Positions 9,196 to 19,500 of a stretch of 64,000 nucleotides of DNA are shown here, piece after piece. Location: the NCBI GenBank assembly GCA_002323895.1, contig DCQM01000148.1, positions 5,058 through 69,057 of the forward strand. The letters run 5' to 3'. The DNA is from Akkermansiaceae bacterium UBA1518 (GTDB lineage Bacteria > Verrucomicrobiota > Verrucomicrobiia > Verrucomicrobiales > Akkermansiaceae). The notes under the pieces are model-generated. The model searched no databases and was not told where the DNA came from. It saw only the letters and a program-made list of their open reading frames with translations. Every line of letters begins with the position of its first letter. The first letter of the stretch is position 1. A program made the position numbers and the translations under genes.

Positions 9196-11706
9196 CTACA
9201 AAATGAAACCCTCCTCGTCTAGGGGCCCAAATTCTCCTACCTCCAAACCTGGCAGTAACTTTCCGCGCGTGCCCTCGCGCCAGCCACTCTGATGAAGCAT
9301 CGTCGTTGTTTCATAATCCGGATTAGGCCTCGCAAAGCTTGCAACCCGACCATTTTTAACCAAACAGCCGAAGTAATTTCCGTCGCTCAAACCGAGCTCA
9401 TCAAAGCTCCACACAATCACTTTTTTTCTCCGCAAATGCCTCACCAAGTCATCCCGTCCCACCACTCCGCGCAGCGCCACAGAATCAAGTCCCTCCCGTG
9501 AAACTTTTGCCAAAATCGCGGCATCGCTCAAACCATCAGCAAGAGAAACCGTCGCCCCAACACTGAGCGGCCATAGCACACCCAAAACCCCACTCAAATC
9601 GTCCTCGGGTAACCATTCAACGAGCAAGCGTGTCCGGCGATGGGCCATATGCACTTGGCTCAACTGACTTGCATTAATTCTCATTCCACGCCCCACCTCG
9701 TCCTTTCCAAAGCAACGATCGCTCATCTCGGTCCAGCCCCGTGGCAAATCACCAGAAATCTCCGGTTCACAGTTCTTCTTAGCCAAAAGCCTGCCTTCTC
9801 GGTCTGCTGCAGTCTTGACCGACAAGCCACGCAGCGCATCTCCAACATCAACATTCCACGGGATTGGCGAACCAAAAGCGACAGTCACTCCATAGCGTAA
9901 AGTTTGAGGAGGCTTTCTAAGAAAATTACCTTCCGAAAATGACCACATCGAGCCCCAAAGCCCATCCATATATGCTGGCAAAACATCCACATTTCCTTTC
10001 TTTGCCATCATCTGATAGCCTCGTTTAATCTCACAAAGCGCCCCTGTTCGCGAAAGCTGCCCCTCCGCAAACACACAGACAACCGCACCTTCCTTAAGCG
10101 CATTTGCCGTGATCCGAATTCCATCTCGCGCTTTGCTTGGAGAAATTGCCACTGCATCAAAAAACCGCGCAAATCCACCGACCCACTTGCTCTCGAAACA
10201 ATCCGCAAAAAGGACAAACCGGATTGGCCTGGGACAAGCCGCAGACAACACAAAAGCATCAATGTAACTCAGGTGATTTGGCACCATCAGGACCCCTCCT
10301 TCTTTTGGAATATGATCCACTCCAAGCGCCCGAATTTTGTAAACCGAACGAAAGATCCCTAAAAATACTAGGCGAATGAAATCTTTTGGTAGCAAGCGCA
10401 TAATATGAACTGTCGCCCAACCGCAAATCCCAGATATTAGAATAAATTGAAGCCAAAATGGAACTCCCAGAAACGAAAGGAAGAACTGGACTCCCACCGC
10501 TAGAACCAAACCAAGATTGATGCACAAATTAGAAGCTGACAGCACCATCCCTCGGTGGTTTTCGGGAGCCCGATCTTGCAAAAAAACATTCAAAGGAACC
10601 AAATAAAGAGCCCCTCCAAAACCCGTCAAAACAAGTAACAAGAACGAAATCACCCCCATTTGAAAGATCGCCAGAAACCCTGTCGACAAACACATCAAAG
10701 CCCCGCCTATCACAATTAGCCCCAGTTCATTTCGACGATTACAAATCCAACTAGCAAGCAAACTTCCGACCACAATTCCCACTACGACAGGTATCCAAAG
10801 AATCGCAGCCCCTACGCCCAGCCCTTCAAGGCTACCCCACCGATCCTCGGCGATCTGAATCAATAACATTTGAAGAAAACCTCCAAAGCTCCAAAAAAAG
10901 GCAATACCCAAAGCGCACCGCCACAAAGCCTCATTTTTTCTTAGTTCCCGTAAATCCCCGAAATGCCTGACCGTCATTGCCCACGAAAACGTCTCATCTG
11001 ATTGAGATTTCGTCTTCTGGATCAGATGGGAAAAACAAAGAGATAAAACAGCTCCAATCAAAATCCATAATACTGGGATTATCGCCGCAGTCCATGGAGT
11101 AAGCCCGTTTTGTAAACCCCAGGCATCATACCAAAATCCTCCGATTATTTGCCCTAAAAGAATCATCAAGACAACAGATCCTTCCATCACTCCATTGGCA
11201 AAGCCCAGCCTTTCACTTCCAACCAACTCTTTTACCACTCCCATTTTCGAAGGGCTTAAAAGAGCCGACTGCATCGCCAATAAAAAGAAAGCGAACATGA
11301 CCACGTAAAGCGGCCACGAAGCTCCCTCCTGCCGCGACCCTAGCCACAACCCACAACCCATCAAAAGAAGCACCAAAAACTGAAACCAAGATGACAGCCT
11401 AATAATTAGACTCTTCGAAAAGCGATCGCCCAACCACCCAGCTATTGGAGCAAACAAAATAAAGGGAAGGATCGCTAAAAGCGCAAAGAGATGTTCCACT
11501 CTACTCGGTGCAAGGCCCATTGACGCCAACCCCATTCCAAGCGGGATTAAGATAAACTTGGTGAAGCTATCATTGAAGGCATTTGTCGATTGCATCCCGA
11601 TTAAGGACCAGAATGACACCCATTCTCGCCTTCGGGGCTCCCTTAAATCATCGTCCACAAATGGACCATGACCCAACCTTCGCTGTTTTGAAAATTGATA
11701 ATCCAT
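9196..11706 (-). CDS. fusion protein: MFS lysophospholipid-transporter-like domain + PlsC-type acyltransferase + degenerate adenylation-like tail
   Basis: 836 aa. About 12 TM segments fill the first ~440 aa (LplT-like MFS). Next comes an acyltransferase domain with intact block I VPNHLSYID (about 10258-10278), block III FAEGQLSRTG and block IV VLPAYMDG. The last 172 aa (9199..9714) align by eye to the middle of AMP-binding enzymes but lack the P-loop. Confidence 0.8.
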   Translation of the reverse strand: MDYQFSKQRRLGHGPFVDDDLREPRRREWVSFWSLIGMQSTNAFNDSFTKFILIPLGMGLASMGLAPSRVEHLFALLAILPFILFAPIAGWLGDRFSKSLIIRLSSWFQFLVLLLMGCGLWLGSRQEGASWPLYVVMFAFFLLAMQSALLSPSKMGVVKELVGSERLGFANGVMEGSVVLMILLGQIIGGFWYDAWGLQNGLTPWTAAIIPVLWILIGAVLSLCFSHLIQKTKSQSDETFSWAMTVRHFGDLRELRKNEALWRCALGIAFFWSFGGFLQMLLIQIAEDRWGSLEGLGVGAAILWIPVVVGIVVGSLLASWICNRRNELGLIVIGGALMCLSTGFLAIFQMGVISFLLLVLTGFGGALYLVPLNVFLQDRAPENHRGMVLSASNLCINLGLVLAVGVQFFLSFLGVPFWLQFILISGICGWATVHIMRLLPKDFIRLVFLGIFRSVYKIRALGVDHIPKEGGVLMVPNHLSYIDAFVLSAACPRPIRFVLFADCFESKWVGGFARFFDAVAISPSKARDGIRITANALKEGAVVCVFAEGQLSRTGALCEIKRGYQMMAKKGNVDVLPAYMDGLWGSMWSFSEGNFLRKPPQTLRYGVTVAFGSPIPWNVDVGDALRGLSVKTAADREGRLLAKKNCEPEISGDLPRGWTEMSDRCFGKDEVGRGMRINASQLSQVHMAHRRTRLLVEWLPEDDLSGVLGVLWPLSVGATVSLADGLSDAAILAKVSREGLDSVALRGVVGRDDLVRHLRRKKVIVWSFDELGLSDGNYFGCLVKNGRVASFARPNPDYETTTMLHQSGWREGTRGKLLPGLEVGEFGPLDEEGFIL

Positions 11707-11767
11707 CTTCGCACCATCATCTCAATCGATATTGCCAGGATTTAGGCTTTAGCCTTCCCCAGCTAAC

Positions 11768-12859
11768 TTAAGACTCGATGAGATCACCTACCTTCTCAAA
11801 CACTCCCCCACCCAGTAATCTTCCGCCCTCATAAAAGGCACATATTTGCCCCGGTGTCAGAGCTCGTTGATGTCTTGTGAACGACAGGGCTAATTTACCT
11901 CCCTCAATCTCTCTTACCTCAACCGCCTCGCTCTTCGCCCGATATCTAGGTTGAACTTCCGCCCTCCCCCTTGTCACCGCCTCGTTAATCCACGAAAGTG
12001 ACCCAACGGTGCAAGTCCCAGCATAGAGCCCACTCGTTGCAGGCTCGTCCCAACCAACAATCAATTGGTTCTTCTCCGCGTTTTTACCAACGACGACATA
12101 AGCCATCCCAGACCTTGGGGACGCCACTCCATGCCCTTTACGTTGCCCCAAGGTATAAAGATGTAAACCATCATGTCGCCCCTTCACCTTACCATCTAGA
12201 TCGACAATCTCCCCCGGGCAATCGGGAACGTGATGACGCAAAAAATCACTCATCTTGATGTTTCCTATAAAGCAAATCCCTTGGGAGTCCTTTTTTTCAG
12301 CCGTTGGTAAATCAAATCGCCGCGCCACTTCGCGCACTTCTGGCTTCAACATCTCGCCTGCTGGAAAAAGAGCATGCTTCGCCTGATACTGCGTCATCAT
12401 CGCCAAAAAATATGACTGATCTTTGTTAGGATCTGCCCCTCGCAAAAGATCCACTGATCCGTCTTTACGGACACGCCTCCGAACATAGTGCCCGGTGCCG
12501 ACAGCCTCAAATCCCTGCTCCAAGGCATAGTCTAAAAACACACCAAACTTCATTTCACGATTACACATGACATCCGGATTAGGCGTCACTCCGTCGCGAT
12601 ATCCCTCGAGCAAATAATTCACGATCCGCTCACGATACTGATCAATCAGGTCAATCACTCGAAACTCAATCCCCAGTTTTTTCGCAACTAGATGAGCATC
12701 TTCAAGATCACTTTCCCAGGGACAGTCGCCAGGCAAGCCTTCTTCATTGATCCAATTCTTCATATAGCCACCCACAACCTCGTGTCCTTGTTCTACCAAC
12801 AAAGCAGCAGCTGCCGAGGAATCTACCCCACCTGAAAGTCCGACCATAATCCGTGCCAC
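11768..12859 (-). CDS. mnmA: tRNA 2-thiouridine(34) synthase MnmA
   Basis: PP-loop GLSGGVDSSAAAALL, then GYMKNW, CNREMKFG, QSYFL. The start is GTG at 12859 or ATG at 12847. Confidence 0.95.
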   Translation of the reverse strand: MARIMVGLSGGVDSSAAAALLVEQGHEVVGGYMKNWINEEGLPGDCPWESDLEDAHLVAKKLGIEFRVIDLIDQYRERIVNYLLEGYRDGVTPNPDVMCNREMKFGVFLDYALEQGFEAVGTGHYVRRRVRKDGSVDLLRGADPNKDQSYFLAMMTQYQAKHALFPAGEMLKPEVREVARRFDLPTAEKKDSQGICFIGNIKMSDFLRHHVPDCPGEIVDLDGKVKGRHDGLHLYTLGQRKGHGVASPRSGMAYVVVGKNAEKNQLIVGWDEPATSGLYAGTCTVGSLSWINEAVTRGRAEVQPRYRAKSEAVEVREIEGGKLALSFTRHQRALTPGQICAFYEGGRLLGGGVFEKVGDLIES

Positions 12860-12992
12860 AGAAATGATTTAACCCGCCAGCGCATTTCCGGCAAGCCATC
12901 GAAAAATTAAACCAAAAGCCAAGTTAGCGGACCCCGCTGATCGATACGATCGACCAAAACAAGGTCGTGATCGCTAAACATTGCCGCGGTAT

Positions 12993-14423
12993 TTAGGAGA
13001 AAATCTCCATTGCTGGCTTTCCGATTCCATCCTTGGTGGCGTAGAATGGACGGCCCTCGATATCAAAGGAAGTTTTCGGTGAGATCCCCATAGCTTGAAA
13101 AATTGTGGCGTGTAAATCCTCAACTGCGAGCGGATTCTCAACTGCCACGAATGGTCGTTCATCCGCAGTTTTGCCAAATTGAAATCCCTTTTTCACCCCA
13201 CCACCAAACATCAACACACTAGTCCCACCAGTGAAGTGCCTATGCTGACCATAATGTTTTAGTTCTGAGATAACATCAACCTTGTGAGTCGTCTGATCGC
13301 GCGCATTTGATCCCGGCACACCCTCAATCATCATGTCGCGACTGAACTCGCTTGCAATCACGACCAAAGTCCGATCCAGCATTCCACGCTCCTCTAAATC
13401 ACGAATCAATTGAGCGATAGGCTGATCAATCTCAGATTTTAACCGCTTTAAAGTGGTGTGTCCTTTTTCGTGAGTATCCCAATGTTTGAACGGCTGATAT
13501 TCGGTAGTCACCTCGATAAATCGAGCTCCCGATTCCACGAGTCGCCTCGCCAACAAACATCCCTGTCCAAAGCGGGTTTTACCATATTTCCCAGCCGATT
13601 TTTCATCCTCCTTCGTAAGATCAAACGCCACTGCCTCCCTTGAACTTAACAGCCGATGGGCCTTTTCCATCGATTGCAACATCGACTCTTGTTGGAACTC
13701 ACTCCCGCTTCTTCCAACCAAACCCTCTGACATCAATTTTTTATAAAGCTTATATCGATTGGTAAACCGACCCGGGGTCATTCCTTTCGGCGGCTGTACT
13801 GCCCCGATCGCCTGATCAGGATATGGTAGCAGGAAGGGGCCAAATTCACTCCCAAAAAATCCGCCGGTGTGGAAAGCTTTAAGCTCTTCTTTCTCACCCA
13901 CTCCCTCGAGTCGCTGACCAATATCAATAAAGGCAGGCATCGCCTCATTTCTCTGCCCCAGCACCTTGGCCATCCACGCCCCAATGTGCGGGGCTGCAAC
14001 CGTTTGCGGTGGCACGTATCCGGTGTGCCAATGATACTGATGCCGTGAATGGAGAATATGGCCGAGGTCGGGTTGCACCGCCGAGCGGATTAAAGTCCCC
14101 TTATCCATCACCTTCGCAACTTCCTCAAAACCTTCCGTGAAATTGATCCCACTTACCGAGGTTGGGATCGCAGGAAAGGTGCTACCAACATCAGATACTT
14201 TGAGGCCCTTTCGAAATGGTTCGTAGTGCTTCGGATCAAAAGTATCAGGGGCCGCCATCCCTCCACCCATCCAAAGTAAAATACAACAATCGGCCTTCGC
14301 CTCGGGCTGTTCAATTTCATCGCTAAACGAGCGAGGCGCGCCCATTGATAAAGTCGCCGCGGAAGCAGTTCCAAGCTTTTTGAGAAAGTCGCGCCGGTTT
14401 TCAAATTCAAGTGCTTTTGACAT
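12993..14423 (-). CDS. DUF1501 domain-containing protein (Tat-exported, sulfatase/alkaline-phosphatase-like)
   Basis: 476 aa. Twin-arginine signal NRRDFLKKLGTASAATL. Sequence character matches PVC DUF1501 proteins (LLWMGGGMAAPDTFDPK, WDTHEKG, VIASEFSRD). It lies 9 nt downstream of its usual DUF1549/DUF1553 partner. Confidence 0.85.
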   Translation of the reverse strand: MSKALEFENRRDFLKKLGTASAATLSMGAPRSFSDEIEQPEAKADCCILLWMGGGMAAPDTFDPKHYEPFRKGLKVSDVGSTFPAIPTSVSGINFTEGFEEVAKVMDKGTLIRSAVQPDLGHILHSRHQYHWHTGYVPPQTVAAPHIGAWMAKVLGQRNEAMPAFIDIGQRLEGVGEKEELKAFHTGGFFGSEFGPFLLPYPDQAIGAVQPPKGMTPGRFTNRYKLYKKLMSEGLVGRSGSEFQQESMLQSMEKAHRLLSSREAVAFDLTKEDEKSAGKYGKTRFGQGCLLARRLVESGARFIEVTTEYQPFKHWDTHEKGHTTLKRLKSEIDQPIAQLIRDLEERGMLDRTLVVIASEFSRDMMIEGVPGSNARDQTTHKVDVISELKHYGQHRHFTGGTSVLMFGGGVKKGFQFGKTADERPFVAVENPLAVEDLHATIFQAMGISPKTSFDIEGRPFYATKDGIGKPAMEIFS

Positions 14424-14432
14424 AGTTCCCTC

Positions 14433-16274
14433 TTAGTTAATAAATTGAAATTCGGGCAGCATAAGAATTGCCCACAAAAAGTCCGCCGCAGATTCCGGGG
14501 TAACTCGTGCTCCTAGAATCTCATGGCCCACTTGTTTTTCAAGTGAACTTGGTAGGCGAGACAAGGCTTCGAGATAGAGGGTTTCAACCCTCTCTTTCTT
14601 AGCGACAAATTTAGCGGCACCTCGATTTAGATAATTAACGAATTCTCTGCCATTATTGAGTTCAAGAGCCTGCAAGGTGGTTAAGTCAGCGGGCCGAGTC
14701 GTAACAACTTGCTCCCGATTTGGACGACCAAGCGCACGCATCAAGAGAGTCGACTTCACCAACGATGCCCTCACAGCCCGAGCTTTCTCACTTTCTCTTT
14801 CAACCTTCGCATCAATCTTTCCGGGCGCTGTCTCAGTAATTCCCCATACCGCATCGATAAATTGCTCAGCCGTCATCCGCTTAGCACTAGGGCCTTCAAA
14901 AACAAAAGATTCACCGCTCTTCGACGCAATCACTGTTGCGCTTTGATACGTTCGGGAGCTTACAATGATGGAAAGAGTCCTTTTAAGATCATAACCATTC
15001 TTAGCAAAGTCCCACGCGAGGTAATCGAGCATATCCTCACTCCATGGACGGTTGCTCATCATATCTACAGGCTCAACCAAACCCCGCCCCATCAAACGCG
15101 CCCAAAGACGATTCACAATAGTCCGAGCCAAGCGGCCATTTTCCTCCGTGGTCGCAAGTTCTGCAACCCTCTTCAATCTACCATCGCGAGATAATGATTT
15201 ATCAATTGGGCCCAATTCATTAAAAAGGAACTTTGCGTCCATCTTTTCACCAGTCGGCTTATCGCAGCGATACATCTCAAGTGGTTTTCCCGCGATAATC
15301 GCTGCCATTCCATAAGCGTCTTCCAGCTTCCAATTATTAATGAAGCTATCGTGACACGAAGCACACTTCATATTCTCACCAAAGAAGATCTGAGAGACAT
15401 TTTGAGCAAATTGAATCTCGGGGACTTGTGACGCATTGACGTTGCCCCGCCACTTAATTCCTTTGATAAAGCCTTCTGACTCAGCAGTGGGATTCAACAA
15501 CTCTCTTACAAATTGATCATAAGGTTTGTTCTCTTTTAGCGAAAGGTAGAGCCACCCGGTAATCTGACGACGCCCCCCGTCAATAAAACCAGTTCCCGCG
15601 TAATCATTCCGTAAAAGATCATTCCAAAACGTCATCCAATGATCGGCATAATCGAGATCGCGTGAGAGGATTTGCTTGATCTTCGCCGCCCGCTTTACGC
15701 CTCGGTCCGAAGTTTCGAATTTTTCCAATTCACTTTTTGAAGGAAGGAGTCCTACCAGATCGAGACTCACTCTTCTCAAGAACCGGGCATCCGGAATTGG
15801 GGCAGGTGGTTGGACTCTATTTTTTTGAAAATAGGCTGCTGCTATTCGATCGATTGGATTTCCGCCTTCGGGCCCAGGAAGATCAACCTTTTTAAGACCC
15901 AGAGGAGCCCTCCATGTCTTTTTCTTAAAAGTAAATCCCTTCTCCCAAGCCAACCCTTCATTCACCCACTTTGCTAAAGTCGCAATACTATCGGCCGGCA
16001 GAGGATCAGCGTCATGTGGCATACGCTCATCTTCGTCCTGCGCTGTGAGCACCTGTATCAAAAGACTGTCCTGGGAATCACCGAGCTCAACCGTCTCAGA
16101 CTCCAGCAGGGCCTCGCGAGTATCTAGCGAGAGCCCTCCTTTATATTTTCCGTTCGTATGACACTTTGCGCAATTCTCTTTTAGAATTGGCAACACCTCA
16201 TGCGCAAAATCCACTTTTGCCGAAACAAATGAAGTTACAGCAATCAGAAACGCAATTTGAGCTTTTAGAATCAT
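14433..16274 (-). CDS. PSD1-type protein: planctomycete cytochrome c (PSCyt) + DUF1549 + DUF1553
   Basis: 613 aa. Signal peptide, then FAHEVLPILKENCAKCHTNGKYKGGLSLDTRE (CxxCH heme motif of PSCyt1), a second Cys motif KCASCHDSFINNWKLEDAY (DUF1549/1553 junction), and the C-terminal LMLPEFQFIN ending typical of DUF1553. Confidence 0.85.
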   Translation of the reverse strand: MILKAQIAFLIAVTSFVSAKVDFAHEVLPILKENCAKCHTNGKYKGGLSLDTREALLESETVELGDSQDSLLIQVLTAQDEDERMPHDADPLPADSIATLAKWVNEGLAWEKGFTFKKKTWRAPLGLKKVDLPGPEGGNPIDRIAAAYFQKNRVQPPAPIPDARFLRRVSLDLVGLLPSKSELEKFETSDRGVKRAAKIKQILSRDLDYADHWMTFWNDLLRNDYAGTGFIDGGRRQITGWLYLSLKENKPYDQFVRELLNPTAESEGFIKGIKWRGNVNASQVPEIQFAQNVSQIFFGENMKCASCHDSFINNWKLEDAYGMAAIIAGKPLEMYRCDKPTGEKMDAKFLFNELGPIDKSLSRDGRLKRVAELATTEENGRLARTIVNRLWARLMGRGLVEPVDMMSNRPWSEDMLDYLAWDFAKNGYDLKRTLSIIVSSRTYQSATVIASKSGESFVFEGPSAKRMTAEQFIDAVWGITETAPGKIDAKVERESEKARAVRASLVKSTLLMRALGRPNREQVVTTRPADLTTLQALELNNGREFVNYLNRGAAKFVAKKERVETLYLEALSRLPSSLEKQVGHEILGARVTPESAADFLWAILMLPEFQFIN

Positions 16275-16563
16275 AGTTTTACGGTCTCGAGTTTAAGAAT
16301 GTCAGAATTCCACAAATATTAACAGATTACTTCTGAAACGATTCGCGACGACTCCGAAAAATGCGATGATATTGGGCAGATACTTTGGTTAAGCTTAGGA
16401 ATATGATCTCAGCGAAAGGCCTCCGGAGCCCCCATTTGAAACGTGCCAATGACCTACCCTTGCTTACGCAGAGCAATAGATTATTTTATCTTTGAGGGAC
16501 ATCTAATTCCTCGCTATCAGCCGTAGTCTGTAGCTACACAAAAAAGTAAGGCCACCGTTTCCC

Positions 16564-19500
16564 ATGAAAAATACAACACGATTCTGGTCTTTCGCCGTTC
16601 CCTCGGTTCTGGCTCTTTTCCAGGCCCAATCGGCGATTCTTGACGAAGAGATAACACTCAAAATCGGTGAGGTTGTAATTAACGAGTTTATGGCATCGAA
16701 CGATGGCGGCCAAACCAGTAATCCGAACGATTGGTATCCAATTACCAATCAAATTAATGGCACGACGCACGATTGGATCGAAATCTTCAATAACAGTCCA
16801 TCCCCTCTCGATCTCGGTGGTTGGCATCTCACCGACGAGCCTTCGGCACTAGGAAAGTGGACCTTCCCCTCACCCACAAACATTCCCGCAGGAGGATTTC
16901 TCATCGTCTACGCTTCGGGGTCCGGTGTCCCCGATGCAAACGGAAATTTTAACACCAACTTCAAACTTTCATCAGGCGGCGAATACCTTGCGCTCGTAAA
17001 TTCATCAGGCACGATTGAGAGCGAATTTTGCCCAGATAACACCAACTATCCAAAACAAGACGAAGACGTTTCTTATGGCTTAGATCCTACAAACGGTGCC
17101 CCAGTTTACTTCTCATCCCCCAGCCCAGGCTTTGCCAACAACACTTCCGGAATCGCCAAAGTGCTTGATACTAATTTTAGTCCGGATCGTGGCTACTACG
17201 ACCAGGCCATCAATGTCACCATCACGAGCGACACCCCTGGAGCGACCATTTATTTCACTACGGATGGCACCCGCCCAATCAATCAGACTGGAGACCCAAC
17301 AGCCAATGCTTCCATTTACTCCGGTCCCATTCCAGTCAGTAAAACCACCACACTCAAAGCATCCGCGACAAAATCCGGGTTCACCCCAACAAACATCGAC
17401 TGTCAGACCTACCTCTTGTTTGATATTGAAAATGCCCGTCCTGATGGAACCGATCCCGCAGGATTAAACACCGCTTTTCTGGAGCAAAATCAGCCTCCTG
17501 GGTGGGGCAACCTATCTTCGGGAGACTACAGGATGGACACTCGCGTCTCTAAATCAACAAGCCTTGCCACCGGTCATCAGGATACTATTGCCCAAACGAT
17601 GCTCAAAGGACTCCGAGACATCCCTACCATTTCGATTGCTATGGATCGTGCCGACTTTAGTGGGAGAAGTGGTATTTATACAAACTCGACAAATGGGGGC
17701 CTTGAGTATGAATGCTCCGCCGAATATATCCCATCCTCCACCGACCCTCGTAATGACTGGCAAATCAATTGCGGCATCAAAGTTCAGGGCGGAGCGAGCC
17801 GTAACCCAGACGCCAGTCCAAAACACTCGATGAATTTCCGGTTCCGAACTCAATACGGCTCCGGACGATTGCGCGAAAAACTCTTTCCAAATTCAGAAAT
17901 CGAAGAGTTTAACTCCATAACCTTACGCGCCGGATATAACAATTCTTGGATCCATCGTGACAGTGGCCAGCGAAGCCGCGGCTCCATGATTCGCGATCAA
18001 TGGATGCGCGAATCTATGCTCGATATGGGAAATCCCGCAGCCGGTCACGGATTTATGGTTCACGTTTTTGTAAACGGTCTTTATTGGGGAGTCCACAACC
18101 TCTGCGAACGCCCAGAGGCTTCCCACTACGCCGCCTACAACGGTGGTGATGACAGCCTCCTTGATGCCCGCAATGGTTCTTCTATCGTAGATGGATCTGC
18201 GACCGCTTGGAATACCATTCCAAGTGTGGTTTCCAATGGTAATTGGGATCGGATCCAGCAGGTCATCGATATCGATCACTATATCGACTACCAGATCATT
18301 AATCGATACGGCGGCAATTCAGACCTCAAGGCCGGTGGCAATTGGCGGGCCGCAGGAGGAGGACCATTTACGACTGGCCGGCCTGAGCAAATGGCACCTT
18401 GGCAACTCTATTCATGGGATGGCGAGCGCTCCCTCGAGAGCCCTTCACTCAACAACTCTCCACGCGACCCCATGGGAGTGCGAAGCCAACTCGAGGCGCT
18501 ATCGGAATATCGGATTCGTTTTGCCGACAGACTTAAAAAACACTTCGGCTCAGGAGGCGCCCTTACGGCCGAAGCCACTGCCGCGCGTTGGATGAAATTC
18601 GCAGACAATCTCGACCGAGCGATCATCGCCGAGTCCGCCCGCTGGGGTGATCATCGCGGCAGGCTTTACACCCGCGACAATCAATGGCTTACCGAACAAA
18701 ATCGCCTCATCAACAGCTACTTCCCCGCCCGTAGTAATATCGTTCAAGCTAATTACGGCTCCCTAGTCCCTTCTGTGAACGCGCCAGATTTTTTGGTAAG
18801 CGATTCTTTTCAAAGCGAAGGGATTATTCCTGTTGGAGGCAGTCTCAAGATCACCTCCACTACTGGCACCATCTACTACACAACTGATGGTGATGACCCC
18901 CGCCTACCCGGAGGTGGAATCAATCCCGATTCAACCTCAATCGGAGGGGGGAATAATCAGACTGACTTTATTCAACTTCAAGAAAATGGCTGGAAATTTC
19001 TCGATACCGGAACCGCGCAAAGTGACAGTGAAATTGTAGTCGGAAATGCCAATTACGACAGCAGCGACTGGAAGCATCCTTTTTTCAATGACACCAGCTG
19101 GGTAACAGGGCGAGCCTTATTAGGATACGGCACGATCAACGGGCGGACGATAAACACTGATCTCAACTTTCAAACTCCCCGCCTTCCAACAATTTACTTC
19201 CGTAAATCTTTTACCGTCACCGATGCCGACAGCTTTACCCAACTGAATCTTAATTTTGTCCGAGATGATGGAGCCATTGTTTACCTCAACGGCAAAGAAA
19301 TTGGACGAAGTAATATGAGCGGGGGGAATCAGCGATATGAGGATTATGCCATTAGCGCCACCTCTAATGAAGGAGGCCTCGTTAATCTTGGGACTCTCAC
19401 TCTCGCAGCCGGCGACCTCCTCGAGGGAACTAACGTTCTTGCCGTAGAAGTCCACCAAAACAGCTCCAGCAGTAGTGACACCGGACTCGATGTCCAACTC

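Noticed and set aside
16534-16827. 97-aa and 81-aa minus-strand ORFs at the CotH gene start
   Set aside because: They overlap the signal peptide and LTD region of the 1314-aa gene, have no motif, and are probably spurious.
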